Assembly (NCBI GenBank): GCA_043228905.1 | Contig: JBHGNT010000002.1 | Location: forward strand, 4,960,001-5,024,000 | From: Azolla caroliniana | Lineage: Eukaryota; Plantae; Polypodiophyta | Direction of reading: 5' to 3' | Length of the DNA: 64,000 bases | In this document: piece after piece, positions 25,370-39,412 of the stretch | Numbering within the stretch: position 1 is the first letter of the stretch | Layout of the letters: each line of letters begins with the position of its first letter | The notes under the pieces: model-generated | Told to the model about the DNA's origin: nothing | What the model saw: the letters and a program-made list of their open reading frames with translations, nothing else | Database searches by the model: none | Program-made: the position numbers and the translations under genes

Positions 25370-25833
25370 TAACAATCGACAACGGTTCAAGAGGGTCAAA
25401 ACCGACTGTTTAAATTTTTTGAAACCTGAACCGAACCAAACCATGAAACCGTTAAACTGATCCGTTTAAATTTTTCCAAATCGTTAAACCGATCCATTTA
25501 AAATTTTTCGAACCATAAAAACCGCGGTTTTGTGGTTTGCTTTCGGTTTTCAACTTAGGTCAAAATTTAAAAATTAAAAATATTTCATTATTTTAAAATT
25601 TTGAAGATGTTCCCAAAATGTGAGAATAAGGTCTAAAAATGAAAAGATCGTTTAAAAACAATTTTTAAACTTTTTTAAAAATTTAAAAATAAATAAAGAA
25701 CTATTTAAACCGCAGTTTCTAACTGTTGAAACCGAACCGAACCATTAAAAAAACCCTGAACTTGAACCGAACCGAACTGTTTAAACCATTAAGCCGTTAA
25801 GTTGCGGTCAAACCGAACCATTGCCGATTGTTA
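25370..25833. mobile_element. hAT-type MITE (same family as 13036)
   Basis: TIRs TAACAATCGACAACGGTT / AACCATTGCCGATTGTTA; 8-bp TSD AACACACA. Confidence 0.9.
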
Positions 25834-28627
25834 AACACACACACATGCACTTGCACCTTCTTAGATAATCACACTTCAAGTATATGAATTATGATTAAAA
25901 TCATACACCACGCTCATACATCCTCGCCGAACACGAGTTTGACATTCAAGATCTGGATATGACACTTTGGAACTAGTTCATCATCTCTAATTCAAGTTCT
26001 CGGTAGTCCCACTTACGTTTGGCACAAGCACATGTTTATTTTGGGACATTGTGGCCCCAATTCTCTCTTTCTCCTAGTCAACTACACTATATGCTTTTTT
26101 TAGTATCTTTTCTTTATGTCATACCCTACGTTTCTCTCCATCTTCTATACTACTTAACTTGTAGGAGCCATTGAGATAAAAACAACCTTTATTGTTATTT
26201 GTACAAGATGTTTTATTACCAAAATTTGGGGAGTTATATTCCACCATATTATTGTAGTAACAAACCCAACTTAATTTAAAAATCCACCCTAGTGTTTCCC
26301 TTAAAGCTATTATTGTTACATTCGTGATTTCCTTTAACATTTAAGAAATGAATCAAGCTCTTTCGATATGACTCTTGACATGTGTGTATGCCAAAGTTGG
26401 GAAGCTTTTGAAACGGCATATATATCCTCCAAAAATTGGATACGAAAGGGTTGACTCTTCGGCACGTGTGTGATTTCCGGCAAAGCTCCATGCAATTGTT
26501 CAATTGTCTTAGTTGCCACTTAAATCTTCCACTTGTGGTTGGTATTAATCTACCAACAAACCCTTTTGTAGAATTCTATGGACATCAAATTGATTTCCAA
26601 GGCATGGTCTATCAATGCCATCACTAGAGTTATGATACAAAGTATCCATTTTTTCTTACACCAAAGTGGCCTACTAGAGTGGATCCCTTATATTTGTGAT
26701 GTGCTAACTTCATACCCTTCTATGGAGATGGTATTCATGGATTAATTTATTGTCTTTACCCCTTCTTCCTGTTGGGTGTGTATGAGAGAATGAGAGACAC
26801 ACAAGAAGCACAAATGCAACACTCACACAGAGAAGACAATGGTTGGAATAGCCCTCTCTATTGATGAATTATTCTAAACTAGTAAGAGCTGAAATATATA
26901 TCCCTAAGTACTAAGTACCACCGCATATGAGTGAATCATGGGGAAAAAAACTCTAGCGAACACTAGAGTAAAAAGTGCCCATGTATAGGGAAAAGGTTCA
27001 CATCAAAGCTACTTGAGGAACACATAAGTGTAACTAACCCCCTAGAGCAAATGATCTGAACACATACAGGGAGTGACAGATCAGCCCCCACAAGGAAATA
27101 AGCCTAAAGCTTTGTAAAAAGCTTCAAACTTTTCTCATGAAAGAGCTTTGGTGAATATGTCTGCCAAATAATCTTGTGTAGGTACATATACTAGATCAAT
27201 ATCTCCTGCATGAAGGCACTCTCTCACATAGTGATAATGCACCTCAATATGTTTGGTCCGTGCATGAAATAGAGGATTTGGTGCAACAACGAATGCACTC
27301 TGACTATCTGTGAGAATATGTGTAGCAACATCAATCTCCATGCAAAGATCCATCAAAAGGCGTCTTAGCCATATACACTCCATTGTAGCTGTGAAAACTG
27401 CCCTATACTCAGCTTTACAATTTGATGTCGCCACTGTAGGTTGCTTTTTACTCAACCCAGATATACATGAGTTTCCAAGGAAAAAGCAATTACTACTAGT
27501 GGACACGCAAGTATCGTAACAACCAACCCAATCACTATATGTAAAAGCATGCAAGCATGGCTGAGTATCTCTGCCATAAAAGAGACGCAAGCTCAAAGTG
27601 CCTCGCAGATATCTAAACACACGTTTCACTGCTTGCCAATGCTTAGTGCCAAGGCTATGCATGAATCGACTCAACTGGGAAACTGCATACTATATATCTG
27701 GCCTTGTATTGCATGCATATATAAAACATCCCACAACTTGGTGATAAAGAGAAGTATCAAATGCACCACTAGAATCCTCAATTGAGAACCTAAATCCTGT
27801 CTCCACAGGTGTAGAAACCGGCTTGCAATCCTCAAAGTCAAAACGCTAAAGTAGTTTTTCAACATACTTTCCTTGATGCATAACCATTCCCCCCTCAACG
27901 AATAAAAACTCGATGCCAAGATAGTAGCTCAAAAGACCAAGATAAGTGACATCAAAAGTATCCTGCAAATCAACCATTAGAATGTCAAGTTTTGCATCAC
28001 ATGACCCAGTCAAGAGTATGTCATCAACGTAAAGAACAAGCACCATAAGATCAACCCCATCTTTGTGTACATAAAGTGTGCTTTCAATCGGGCTACATGT
28101 GAGCCAAGAGCAATCAAGTGCTTATGGATTTTTGCATACCATGCACATGGAGCTTGCTTGAGACTATACAAGGCTTTATGCAAATGACAAACCATGTGCT
28201 CTTTCTCTTTCATAGCAAATCTACGAGGTTGCTTCACATAAACCTCTTCTTGCAAATCACCATTTAAGAATGTTGTTTTTATGTCCAACTGATGCAGTTT
28301 TAAACCTCTTTGGGCAGCCAATGCAACCACGGTACGAATGGTAGTCATGCGTGAAGTAGGTGCAAAAGTTTTCGCATAATCAATGCCATATTGTTGTGCA
28401 TATCCTTTGGCAACCAATCTACCTTTGTAGCGATCAATGCTACCATCAGACTTTTGTTTAATTATGTAAACCCACTTAGTACCAATGTCATTCTTTCCTT
28501 TTGGCAATTCACATAACTCCCAAGTACCATTCTTATGTATGGAAACCATTTCTGATTGCATAGCACTCACCCAATGTGGATCATCACATGCATCTTCAAA
28601 AGTAAGTGGCTCCTCATTACATGTTAT

Positions 28628-29159
28628 TGCAACAATAGAATAATCCACAAAATTACTTGATGCATGGCGAGAGCTTGATCTTGTTCTACTAAGTAAAGGT
28701 GCACTCAATTTGCTATCTTGCAAAGTTTGTTTCAGCCACTTTGGCATAGTTTGTGCACTCTTGATAGACATGCGCTCATTATGTAATACATTATGCGTGG
28801 GCTGAATTTCAGGCTCATTTTCAGCCATATTTTGTTGCAAATGTTCAGCCATGTTTGGCTGGACATTTCATGCATTTTCAGCACTCATTACATGCTATTT
28901 TGCAACAATAGAATAATCCATAAAATTACTTGATGCATGGCGAGAGCTTGAACTTTTTCGACGAAGTAAAGGTGCACTCAATTTGGTATCTTGCAAAGTT
29001 TGTTTCAGCCACTTTGGCATAGTTTGTACACTCTTGATAGACATGCGCTCATTATGTAATACATCATGCGTGGGCTGAATTTCATGCTCATTTTCAACCA
29101 TATTTTGTTGCAAATTCTCAGCCATGTTTGGCTGGACATTTCGTGCATTTTTAGCACTT
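28628..29159. repeat. Tandem duplication (273-bp period) in the Copia-2 IN-RT linker
   Basis: Copies start at 28628 and 28901; the peptide MAE.LQQNM.ENE.EIQPTH...NF.DYSIVA appears twice. Confidence 0.9.
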
Positions 29160-30344
29160 ATTTCTTGGAAATTTTCAGACCTTTGAAACTCACTTGCCTG
29201 GTCTACATGTCCATAGTCAAGCACACCACTTTGGAACAAAGGCATGAGTGTCAAACACAGCTTGTTGGCTGTTTTTTGCAATCAAGAAAAGGGAAAGTTG
29301 AATTTTTAGCAAATACCACATCTCGACTCACAATAATTGTGTCCGTCAATGGAGGTACAAACGATATCCCTTAATTTCAGCACTATAACCAACAAATATG
29401 CATTTCTTTGCCTTGTCATCAAGTTTGTGATGTTGTTGTCATGACACAAGACCATATGCGAAACAACCAAACACATGCATACGACTAACCATAGGTTTAT
29501 GTCCATTCCAAGCCTCATACGGAGTACTGAATCTCAATACTTTTGTTTAGGGTGACGATTAAACATATAATTTGCACACATAACCGCTTCCATCCAAAAT
29601 TTGTTAGGAAGATGCTTTCCTTTAACCATGGTCCATGCATCATGCCATCTCTAAGAGTGTTCTATTTTTGCGCTTTGCAACACCATTTTGCTGAGGTATA
29701 TATGGCACCATACATTGATGTCAAATACCTCTTTCACAAAGAAAAGCATTAAACTCATGTGACATGTATTCGCCGACACAATCCATGCGTAGAGTCAAGA
29801 GCTTATTTCCGGAAAAAATTTCAACCATAGTTAAAAATGATTTGAAGCAAGAAAATACCTCATCCTTTCTTTCATAGCATGTATGGCGAGTAGCATCATC
29901 AATGAAGGTAACAAAATATACATGCTTTCCAAAAGGAATCTTCACGAGACCGCACACATCACTATGAACAAGTTGTAATTTTCTTGTAGTGTGTGTATGA
30001 CTATCTTTTGGAAAAGAAGCACAATGCGTTTTTCCAAGAATGCAACCTTCACATGCATGTTTTTCAATGGACTCAAGTGTAGGCAACCCAATAAACATAT
30101 CCTTCTTTTGCAAATGGAGCAAACTATTGAAGTGCAAGTGACCAAAATGGGCATGCCAAAGCTCCATTTCAGTCATGGAAGAAGTATGGACAACCAAGGC
30201 ATTTAGGGTAGCCCTCTTGTATGTATCCAAGTGATACAAGCCATTGCATAATGTACTGGACATCACGATAACATCGCCATTGTTGAAATCATGAACCATG
30301 CACTTATGATCAACAAAATGTACATGAAGTCCAACTTTGGCAAT

Positions 30345-30613
30345 TGTTGAGAGTCGAACTCAACGTCCCATAGAGATAGGTTTCACACTAGTTCATGGAC
30401 ATACTAGGCTAGTTTTGTAAATAGTTGAAAGGGCATTTTCCCTAGCCTAGTTGGTACTTGAACCAACCTTTTTGTAGCTTAGTCTCTGTTGGATGTAATA
30501 TACAGTTTCTTGTCATAGTTCTCTCTCTCGCTCATTCTCTCTCTTGTCTCACGTGCACATACACACATACACATAGTCCTTCCGCTGTACAGAATCACCC
30601 TTGATTCTTTACA
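30345..30613 (+). mobile_element. Solo LTR (copia-like) inside Copia-2
   Basis: TGTTGAGAG...TTCTTTACA termini resembling the Copia-1 LTR ends; TSD GCAAT/TCAAT; host frame KKNLISVPLI|AKVGL resumes on removal. Confidence 0.85.
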
Positions 30614-32089
30614 TCAATCAAAGGAACTGAAATTAAGTTCTTCTTAACACCGGGCACATACAATATATTCTTCAAGATGACAACACCTCCATTTGTAGCC
30701 GTAAGCTCAATTTCTCCTACTCCAATAATAGGATAAGAGACATTTTTTTCACACACCACATGTCCTCCTTTGGGTGCATCTTTCAAGGATGCAAAAAACT
30801 TTTGCATGAAGTTAGGTGCTTTGAAGCGCCACTATCGAAGAACCAATCTGAATCAATCTCACTTACAACCATACACTTAGGGTGCAATGATGCATCATAA
30901 TGATATGTAACAACACATGCCCAATAATCTTGGGCCATGTTGGCTTCATCACTCTTTGCACATGAAGAATTTTCAGTAATGGTCATGCTGGATTCCTTCT
31001 TCTTCTCATTGTGCTTAACAAGCTTTCTACACTCATCAATAGTATGACCAGCCTTCCGACAATATTTGCATCTTTTCTTCTTTTGCAAATCAGGTCCATC
31101 ATTAGAGGAATAAGTGGAAGAGGAGGGTTGAGGCTTTGCTTTTGATGAACCAAAAGCTGAACCATACTTGTTTTTTCCCTTTTGTGAAATAGCAAGTGCT
31201 TGTGTTTCCTCTATCAAAACACTTCTATTCACTCTAGATTGTTTTTCTTGCAAAAGAAGAGACACAACCTCATCAAATGCATACATATCAGTATTCCCAT
31301 TTGAAACCAAACGGATTGTAGTAGCAAAGCTTTGAAAAGATTCGGGCAATCCTTTCAACAACGTAGAGATGACTGATGTATTCGGAATGATCTCATCTAT
31401 GTTCGCCAATTGCTCTTTCAAATCTTTGATGCGTTGTCGTAAAGAAAACCGTCCCTTAGCGCAATCGGTGCATAGTGCGCGTGAACCGGCTCTTCACGCG
31501 TGCGCACCCTTTAATGTATATAATAGGGAATTAGGTACATAGGCATATCCGGGGGTAGTTAGATTCGGTAGGTAGGAAGTAAATGAGGGAGACGGCTCCC
31601 TTCCTGAAGCTATAAAAGAGAGGGAGACGCGGGGGAGAAGGGGATCGGGCATTGAGGAGGACGAAGTGCTGTCGAACCATAACCGAACGCTTCTCCTCTG
31701 TTCATTCTCCATCGCTCTTCTCTGCAGGTTTTCGGGAGGCTCGCGCTGCTTCGAGGAACGCCCGTGTGCTTCCGGCAGCACCTCCATCCTATCCCCTTTC
31801 GTGCGCAGACGAACAAGCATCGACATTTGTTCGCCGGCCTGTTCGGTTGTAACCGGTCGCGTGCTCTGTTGTTTTGTGCCATTTGATAATATACAAACAT
31901 TCGTGTCTCTCTGTCTCTGTGTCCATTCGTGTTTTCTGCGTTGACGGGCCATGTCCCTGTGTTTCTTTGCTCATACGTTACCAGTCGTCTCTCTCTTTCT
32001 CTTTCCCCTCCTATCACCTGCTCTTCGGTCTAAGACCCCGGTGGTCCCGCCTCGTTTCTCCACGCACGCGCGTAGTAACGCGACATATT

Positions 32090-32107
32090 TGGTGAACCCG
32101 ACGTGAA
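32090..32107 (+). promoter_or_regulatory. Primer-binding site complementary to tRNA-Trp
   Basis: TGGTGAACCCGACGTGAA is the reverse complement of the plant cytosolic tRNA-Trp 3' end (...TTCACGTCGGGTTCA-CCA, recalled); 4 nt after the LTR. Confidence 0.8.
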
Positions 32108-34246
32108 CAAGGCGGCAGAGGAGCAGAAGATGAGGGGGTCGGATCTTGCAGAGGCCATGGCTTCGGCCGTGGACCGGATAGTAAGCGCGCGCGAGGGCAC
32201 CGGCGCCCTTGATAGGGCTATTGAGGCAATCGTCGGTACAATCGGCCGGTTCAGTGGAAAGGATGCCACGAGTTATTTGGCGTCCTACCGGGCGGAGATG
32301 TTGATGAGGGATATTCCGGAAGAGAGGCGTCTTGCCGGATTCCCTCGAGTGGCGATGCCGGGCATCCATGCGGAGGTGCTCGAGGTCCGGGCGGAGAGCC
32401 GGACCTGGGAGGAGTTCGAAGGATGGCTCCTGGAGAAATACGGACTGGATGACGCGCTTTGACTTTCGAAGCAGGGCTTCATGGAGTGGGTGGAGTCCCC
32501 CAACAAAGGAAGAAATGCGTCGGTACTCCTCTGGGAGTTTGAGGAACTCTTTGCGCGCCTTTCGGCGCTCGATCGGACCGTTCTGGACACAAGTCGTGTC
32601 CTATTGTTTGTCAAATCGGTTGACGCACGAGATCGGGAGCAAGTGGGCTCCTTACTGGAAACCGAAGACGGGTTGACGACCGATTGGGCCACGGTAAAAA
32701 GAGTTTGCGGCCGTTTTGACAAAAGGTGGGAGTGGGCTGATACAGGGGCGACCGGGCCGGGTCCTGTCGCAACAAGGAAGCTCGAACCGATACCGCAGGC
32801 GCGACGGGAAGTGACCCGAGAGTGGCTCGAAACCGGTTCGGCTTCGACCGGCGTGGTCAGAGGCTCGTCCGGGGGGGCAGCTTTGGAGGAGTTGACACGG
32901 GCGGTAAAGGATCTCCAGATCGCCTAGGCTCGGAGGGAAGGTGGCGAACAGGCTCGTGATCGACAGCCTCCGGCGGGAAATAGGTGCATGTGGTGCGACG
33001 AGGTTGGCCACATCCGGAAAGACTGCGGGGACTTTGCGGAGGCTTTGAGAAGCCAGGTAGTGTACCTGTGGGAAGGTCGGGTGCATGCCAGCGATACTCG
33101 GAGGGCGCTGAACCGAAAAGACGGGCGAGGAGGAATGAAAAGGCTGATGGAAGAGGCGGCGGCCCGGCACGCGGAGACCGTCCACTACTCGGCGTCGGCC
33201 GGTATTCGGGTCGGTGGTAGCGAGGCCTGGAAAGGGAGCAAAGCCGGGTTCTGGCCGACGGTGCTGGAAGGCCTCGCCGGTGCCCGACTAAAGAAAGACG
33301 AGGCGGACCGCGCGGAGAAGCGGGTCCAGGAGGTAACCGGGTGGAGTGACCCGGTCGAAGAAAGGACGGGTTTCGTCGAAGCAGCTTGCCATAACTACGA
33401 GGCTCTGGTTGAAGACAAACGGGTAGGTAAAACCGGAGGGGCCGGACCCTCACAAAGATACGAAACCCGATTCAGGCCGAAACAGAACGAGGCCGGTGAG
33501 ACCAGTGCCCGGGATAACCACAAGAAGGGCGGATACCGGTTGGGCACGGAGATCGAAAGGACCACGGACCTACGAAAGGTCCTGGAAGAAGGAATCCTCG
33601 ACAGCAAGGTGGAACTTTCGTTACGGGAGGTGCTCGGAATCGCCAAGAAGGAGTTCCACGACTCCATCGTAGACTTGGTGAAGAGGAAGAGGCTGTCAAC
33701 GGAGACAGAACCGGAAAGGCCGGTGGAGGTGCGGGCGACGCACATGGAGGACATGGCGATGGAAGACGAGAGGGAGGAGAGCCACTACTTGAGGCCACAC
33801 TGGGCCTGAGCGACCACGAAAACCCCAGTGAAGATCGGAGATGTTCAGGAACCGGTGGTGGCGTTGGTGGATCACGGTTCGGAAATAAACCTGATGTCCA
33901 TGGACTTCTACAAGAAGGGGAAATGGCCGATCAACACCAAGCACGGGTGGAAGATACGGGCGGCGACTCGCGCCACCGAGGAACTACACGGGGCCTGCCC
34001 AAACGTGCGAGTCAAGATCGGCGACGTCGAGATAGATCATCACTTCTTTGTGCAGGAGACGTCCTCGCACCCGGTCATACTGGGAGAACTGTACATTATG
34101 GCAGCGCGGATGGAGACGAAGGTGCTGGACAACGGGTCGGCTTACGCGAGGGTCAAGAGTCAGGAAGGGCGTCATTCGGTCCAGTTCCTGACGGTGCGAC
34201 CAAACCACGAGCGAAACCGCGAGTCCCTCGGTGGCGAGAACCGAGA

Positions 34247-34312
34247 GGATTTTTAGAGAGGGCTGTCAAGGCGTGGGGCCGCGACAGTCCGGACACTCCG
34301 GGAAAACCCCAC
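34247..34312 (+). promoter_or_regulatory. Putative -1 ribosomal frameshift signal (Gypsy-B)
   Basis: G GAT TTT TAG; stem GGGCTGTC/GACAGTCC; GTGGGG/CCCCAC; the pol ORF (33923-36040) is -1 relative to the protease ORF ending at 34256. Confidence 0.8.
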
Positions 34313-37300
34313 AAATGTACGATAGAGGCGAAACCGAAGAAACCTTGTACCATAAGTAGGAAGTTTTGTTTCTCCGACAACGGAGGGTGTACGATAGTCG
34401 GCGTCGTTGGCCGAGAAAAGACAAGGGTGGAAGAGCGACTTCGGGCATGCGGAGTTCTCGGGCCCAACGAGGAAATCAACGGAGCCGTGGAGGCGGTCTC
34501 CTTCGACGATACCTTGGGAGTATTGCGAGAGGTGGTTGGAGAGGGCCTTAAAGAGGACCGGACGATACCGGTTTGTTCAGAAGAGATGTACGAAGTCATC
34601 GCGGACTTCAGTCGAGGGCTTGAGTCGGATCAGACGGCCGGGGTTAACACGAAGTACAAGACTGTGGACCGGAAGGTAAGGCCAGTTGCGGCACCCTTAC
34701 CGGAGGGCAGCGAGTTGCGAATCAAGGGGGTCTCGTCGGACCCCAGTTTACGAGATTCGGCCTGCATAGGACACGCCTTCACCGACCGAACGCTACGGGA
34801 GCTCAAAATCGGTGGGGGCGGGTTCCTACTGCCGGCGGAAGAAGACCGGTTTCGGAGAATGCTCGGAAGGCACGGGAAAGCCTTTGCATTCTCACCGGGA
34901 GAGATCGGGTGCGTAGACTCGACAGTCGTGAAGCCGATGGTGATATTCACGGTACCGCATGTGCCGTGGAATCTCAAACCAATTCCGGTACCGAGAGCTC
35001 ACATCCCGGAGCTGATGAAGCTGTTGAGGCAGAAAATCGATATGGGCATCCTCGAACCGTCGAGTGCCCCGTACTCGAACCAGTGGTTTACTGTACCGAA
35101 GAAGAACGGGACATTGCGCTTCATTCAAGACCTGCAACCGGTCAACAGAGTGACCATTCGGAACGCAAGAATCGGACCAACGATAGACGAGTTCGCGGAG
35201 GCCTTCGCCGGAAGGTCGATCTACTCGGTTGGTGATCTGTACTCGGGGTACGATCAGTTCCAACTAGCCATAGAGAGCAAAGACATTACGACGATGCGAA
35301 CTCCTCTCGGCCTAGTGCGGATGTGTACCCTGCCACAAGGAGGGACGAACTCGGTGGCCCACATGGTGAATGCGATGAACAAGGTGCTGAGGGATTGTAT
35401 CCTGGACATCACCATGCCATTCTTGGACGACATCCCGATCAAGGGATGTCCGGTGGAGGAAAAGGACGAAATGATCGGACCGGACGGATGCTGGAAATTT
35501 GTGGCGACACACATTGACGACTGCGAGAGGGTGCTGCAGAGGCTAGAGGACGCGAGGCTCACCTTCTCCGGGGAGAAATCGGCCTTCGGGCAATCAGAGA
35601 TCATGGTCGTCGGACATCTATGCGGACCGTATGGCCGGAAACCGTCTCCGGCTAAGGTGGAAGCCATCTCCGCAATGAAGCCCGACTGTAACTCGGTCAC
35701 GGAAGTACGGAGGTTCTTGGGAGCATGCACGTTCTACCACATATGGATCCCGCATTACGCCCACGTTGCCGAGCCGCTATACGGGTTGCTGAAAAAGGGG
35801 CGAAGATTCGAGTGGCGAGACGAGCATACGGAGTCGGTCCGAAAGATGAAGGAGGCTCTTGCTGCAGCTCCGGCACTCCGGAAGGCTGTCTACAAGAAAG
35901 GCACTCCCATCTACATAACGGTAGATACAAGTCCGACCGGGATCGGATGGGTCGTCAACCAAGAAGATGAGGACGACATTCGGTTCCCAATCCGGTTCGG
36001 CGCGAAGGTCCTCAGCGAGCGACAACGAGGATACGCCTAGGTTAAACGCGAACTCTGGGGTATCGTTTCGGCGGTGAAGGCCGATAAAGACTATCTGATC
36101 GGGACAGAGGTGATTATCGAGACGGACTGCCTGCGGATTCTCGGCATGGTTTCCGGATGCGCAACCCCGGACCTGGCAATGCTCAGGTGGATAGCGTACA
36201 TCAAGTCCCTGGATCCGGAAATACGACACATTTCCGGGAAAGACAATGCCATGGCTGACATGCTTTCGAGGGCGCGATTCGACGACGAGGGCGGCATGGT
36301 TTCGGAGGACGAGGAAGTCGGCGTGGACTTCTTCGAGGCGGCTTACGTGACAACCGAGGGGGGGAGCACTCCGGCGCTTAACGATTTCAACGAGAGCAAG
36401 TACGACGGGGAGTGGCTGCAGATTGGGGGATTCTTAAGGACGATGACGCCGGACGCGTCATAGACAAAGGACGAGGCCAACCGGATCCGGAAGAAAGCGT
36501 ACCGGTTCTTTCTCCGGGACGGATACTTGTGGAAGCACCCGAAGAAGAGAAACGACATCCCGCTCTGAGTAGTGGCGATGGAGGAGGAACAAGAGGAGTT
36601 GCTGAAGGCCTACCATGACAGCCCCTGGGTTGGACACCGTGGGACGTGGGCCACGTTTGAGAAACTAAAGGGGAAGTACTGGTGGTCGGGATTGTACCGG
36701 GACGTGCATCGGTTCGTGACAACTTGTGAGAGCTGTCAGATACACTCCATAGTCCGACATCGGGACGAGCTTCACCCTACATACCCTCCGGCCATCCACT
36801 TCAAATGGATGTTAGATTTGGTGACGATGCCGATGGGCGTAGGGCAGATGCGATATCTGGTGCTGGCCCAGGAGGACCCGACGAACCAGGTGGAAGGCCG
36901 AGCCCTGCAGAACAAAACGACCTCGGCCGTGTGTCGGTTCCTGATCGAGGACGTGATATGCCGGTACGGGTGTGTCGGGAAGATCGTGGCTGACTGCGGG
37001 GAGTTGGACGCCGAAGAGGCCGAGGAGTTGTTCGAACGGTTAGGGGTCAAGCTCTCGCTCACAACAGCGTACAATCCGGAGGCGAACGGGAAGGTGGAGC
37101 GCGGACACGGACTGATCGTCAAAGCGTTAGTCCGGGCATGCGGAGGCCAGGTCGAGAACTGGCCACGACTGTTACCTTATGCCTTATGGGCGGACAGGAC
37201 AACACACAGTTCGGTAACCGGGTTCATGCCGTCAGAGCTCATGTTCGGACAGAAGCCGATCATGCCAATGGAACGGACGATCTCCTCTTGGGCGATAGTG

Positions 37301-39412
37301 GACTGGAGAGATGAGATGAGCCGGGAAGAACTGCTAGCGGCGCGTATACGGCAGCTCGAGCGGAGGCCAGAGGACGTGGAACGAGCGGCGGAGAGACTTC
37401 GGATGGTGAGGATGAGGAACAAAGCCCGGTTCGACCGAACGCACCGGCTCCGGCCAAAGAAAATCGAGGAAGGCGACTGGGTGCTAGTCTACGACAGCAG
37501 CCTTGACAACCAGCACTAGGCAACACGGAAGTTTGCAAAGCGGTGGTTCGCGCCTTACATGGTAACAAGCGCCAACGAAAACGGGACGTATCACCTGGTG
37601 GAACTTGACGGTACGAGGATGGCAATACCGGTAGCAGGGAAGCGGATCAAAGCGTTCAAGAAGCGCCACGACGGCGAACCGGATCTAAGAGGCCTGGACA
37701 GCGACGACGAACAGTCCGAAACGGAGGACGAACCGATGGACGAAGAACCGAAACTCGAACCAGTTTTCTCCAACCAGAGCACAATTTTGGCGCATACCGG
37801 TGGATGCGCGGTTAGGTGGGGGCGGATGTCGTGAAGAAAAACCGTCCCTTAGCGCAATCGGTGCATAGCGCGCGTGAACCGGCTCTTCACGCATGCGCAC
37901 CCTTTAATGTATATAATAGGGAATTAGGTACATAGGCATATCCGGGGGTAGTTAGATTCGGTAGGTAGGAAGTAAATGAGGGAGACGGCTCCCTTCCTGA
38001 AGCTATAAAAGAGAGGGAGACGCGGGGGAGAAGGGGATCGGGCATTGAGGAGGACGAAGTGCTGTCAAACCGTAACCGAACGCTTCTCCTCTGTTCATTC
38101 TCCATCGCTCTTCTCTGCAGGTTTTCGGGAGGCTCGCGCTGCTTCGAGGAACGCCCGTGTGCTTCCGACAGCACCTCCATCCTATCCCCTTTCGTGCACA
38201 GACGAACAGGCATCGGCATTTGTTCGCCAGCCTGTTCGGTTGTAACCGCTCGCGTGCTCTATTGTTTTGTGCCATTTGATAATATACAAACATTCATGTC
38301 TCTCTGTCTCTGTGTCCATTCGTGTTTTCTGCGTTGACGGGCCGTGTCCCTATGTTTCTTTGCTCATACGTTACCGGTCGTCTCTCTCTTTCTCTTTCCC
38401 CTCCTATCACCTGCTCTTCGGTCTAAGACCCCGGTGGTCCCGCCTCGTTTCTCCACGCACGCGCGTAGTAACGCGACAGCGTGTCAGATACAAATCTACT
38501 GACTCATTTTCAGCCATATATACATCCTCAAGTTGTTTTCTCAAATATGCAACACGTGCTTCATTACGCATGACATACAAAGAAGCAAGAGTGTCCCATG
38601 CTTGTTTGGATGTAGAACATGACCGAATATGTGGAAGTATATGGCGCTTCACAGAAAGTGCAATCAATGCATGATCTTGAGCATATTTTCCATCCCATCT
38701 AAGTTGCTCCTGTGTAGGTGGAGTAGGTGAAGCCGCTGTGCTCGGAGAGGAACCTGTATTTGTGATGTATAAGGACCAACAGGCCGTTGATCTACATCTA
38801 CCACTATGTTCCATAGTTGTTTGGCAACAAGAACATGTTTCATCATGTAGGACCACATCGGATAGTTAGTCCCATCAAGCTTATCTTCAGCTTGAAGCAT
38901 GGCAAAAAAGTCATTGTTGTTTGCCATTTCACCAAAGAACAAGAAAGTGGCAAAATCTTACCTCAACGAAATCTGAAATGTGTGCTGAAATTTCAGCTCA
39001 CGAACAACCACTCAGATGGAGATTTTGAATGCACGAATGGCTTCGAAATGGGGGTAAAACAATAGGGCTGAAATTGCTCTTCAAGTGTTGAAGTTCACTT
39101 CTCTACATTCGGAAGTTGATTTGCACTATTAAAAGTGTGCACGGGCCACGCCGCGGAAAACCGAAGATGGAGAGGATGAAGAATCTTCTCTGATACCACT
39201 GTTGGGTGTGTATGAGAGACACACAAGAAGCACACACAAGAAGCACAAATGCAACACTCACACAGAGAAGACATTGGCTAGAATAGCTCTCTCTATTAAT
39301 GAATTATTCTAAATTAGTAAAAGCTGAAATATATATCCCTAAGTACTAAGTACCACCACCTATGAGTGAATCATGTATGTGGTAACATGGGGAAAAAACC
39401 TTTAGCCAACAC

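Larger units (their letters stand above)
31435..38478 (+). mobile_element. Gypsy-B: full-length sister of Gypsy-A with point-mutation stops
   Basis: LTRs 31435-32085 and 37827-38478; 4-bp TSD GCGT; PBS at 32090; gag-PR ~32130-34256; RT-RH-IN in the -1 frame to ~37780. Confidence 0.95.

Noticed and set aside
33923-34246. N-terminal ~108 aa of the 705-aa ORF as a real pol start
   Set aside because: It overlaps the conserved protease frame, and the equivalent frame in Gypsy-A is not reported as open; better explained by the -1 frameshift at 34247.
16088-37519. In-frame TAG/TGA codons in Gypsy-A/B as programmed read-through
   Set aside because: Stops occur at different positions in the two copies and mostly correspond to CAG/CGA/TGG in the other copy, consistent with decay by cytosine deamination.
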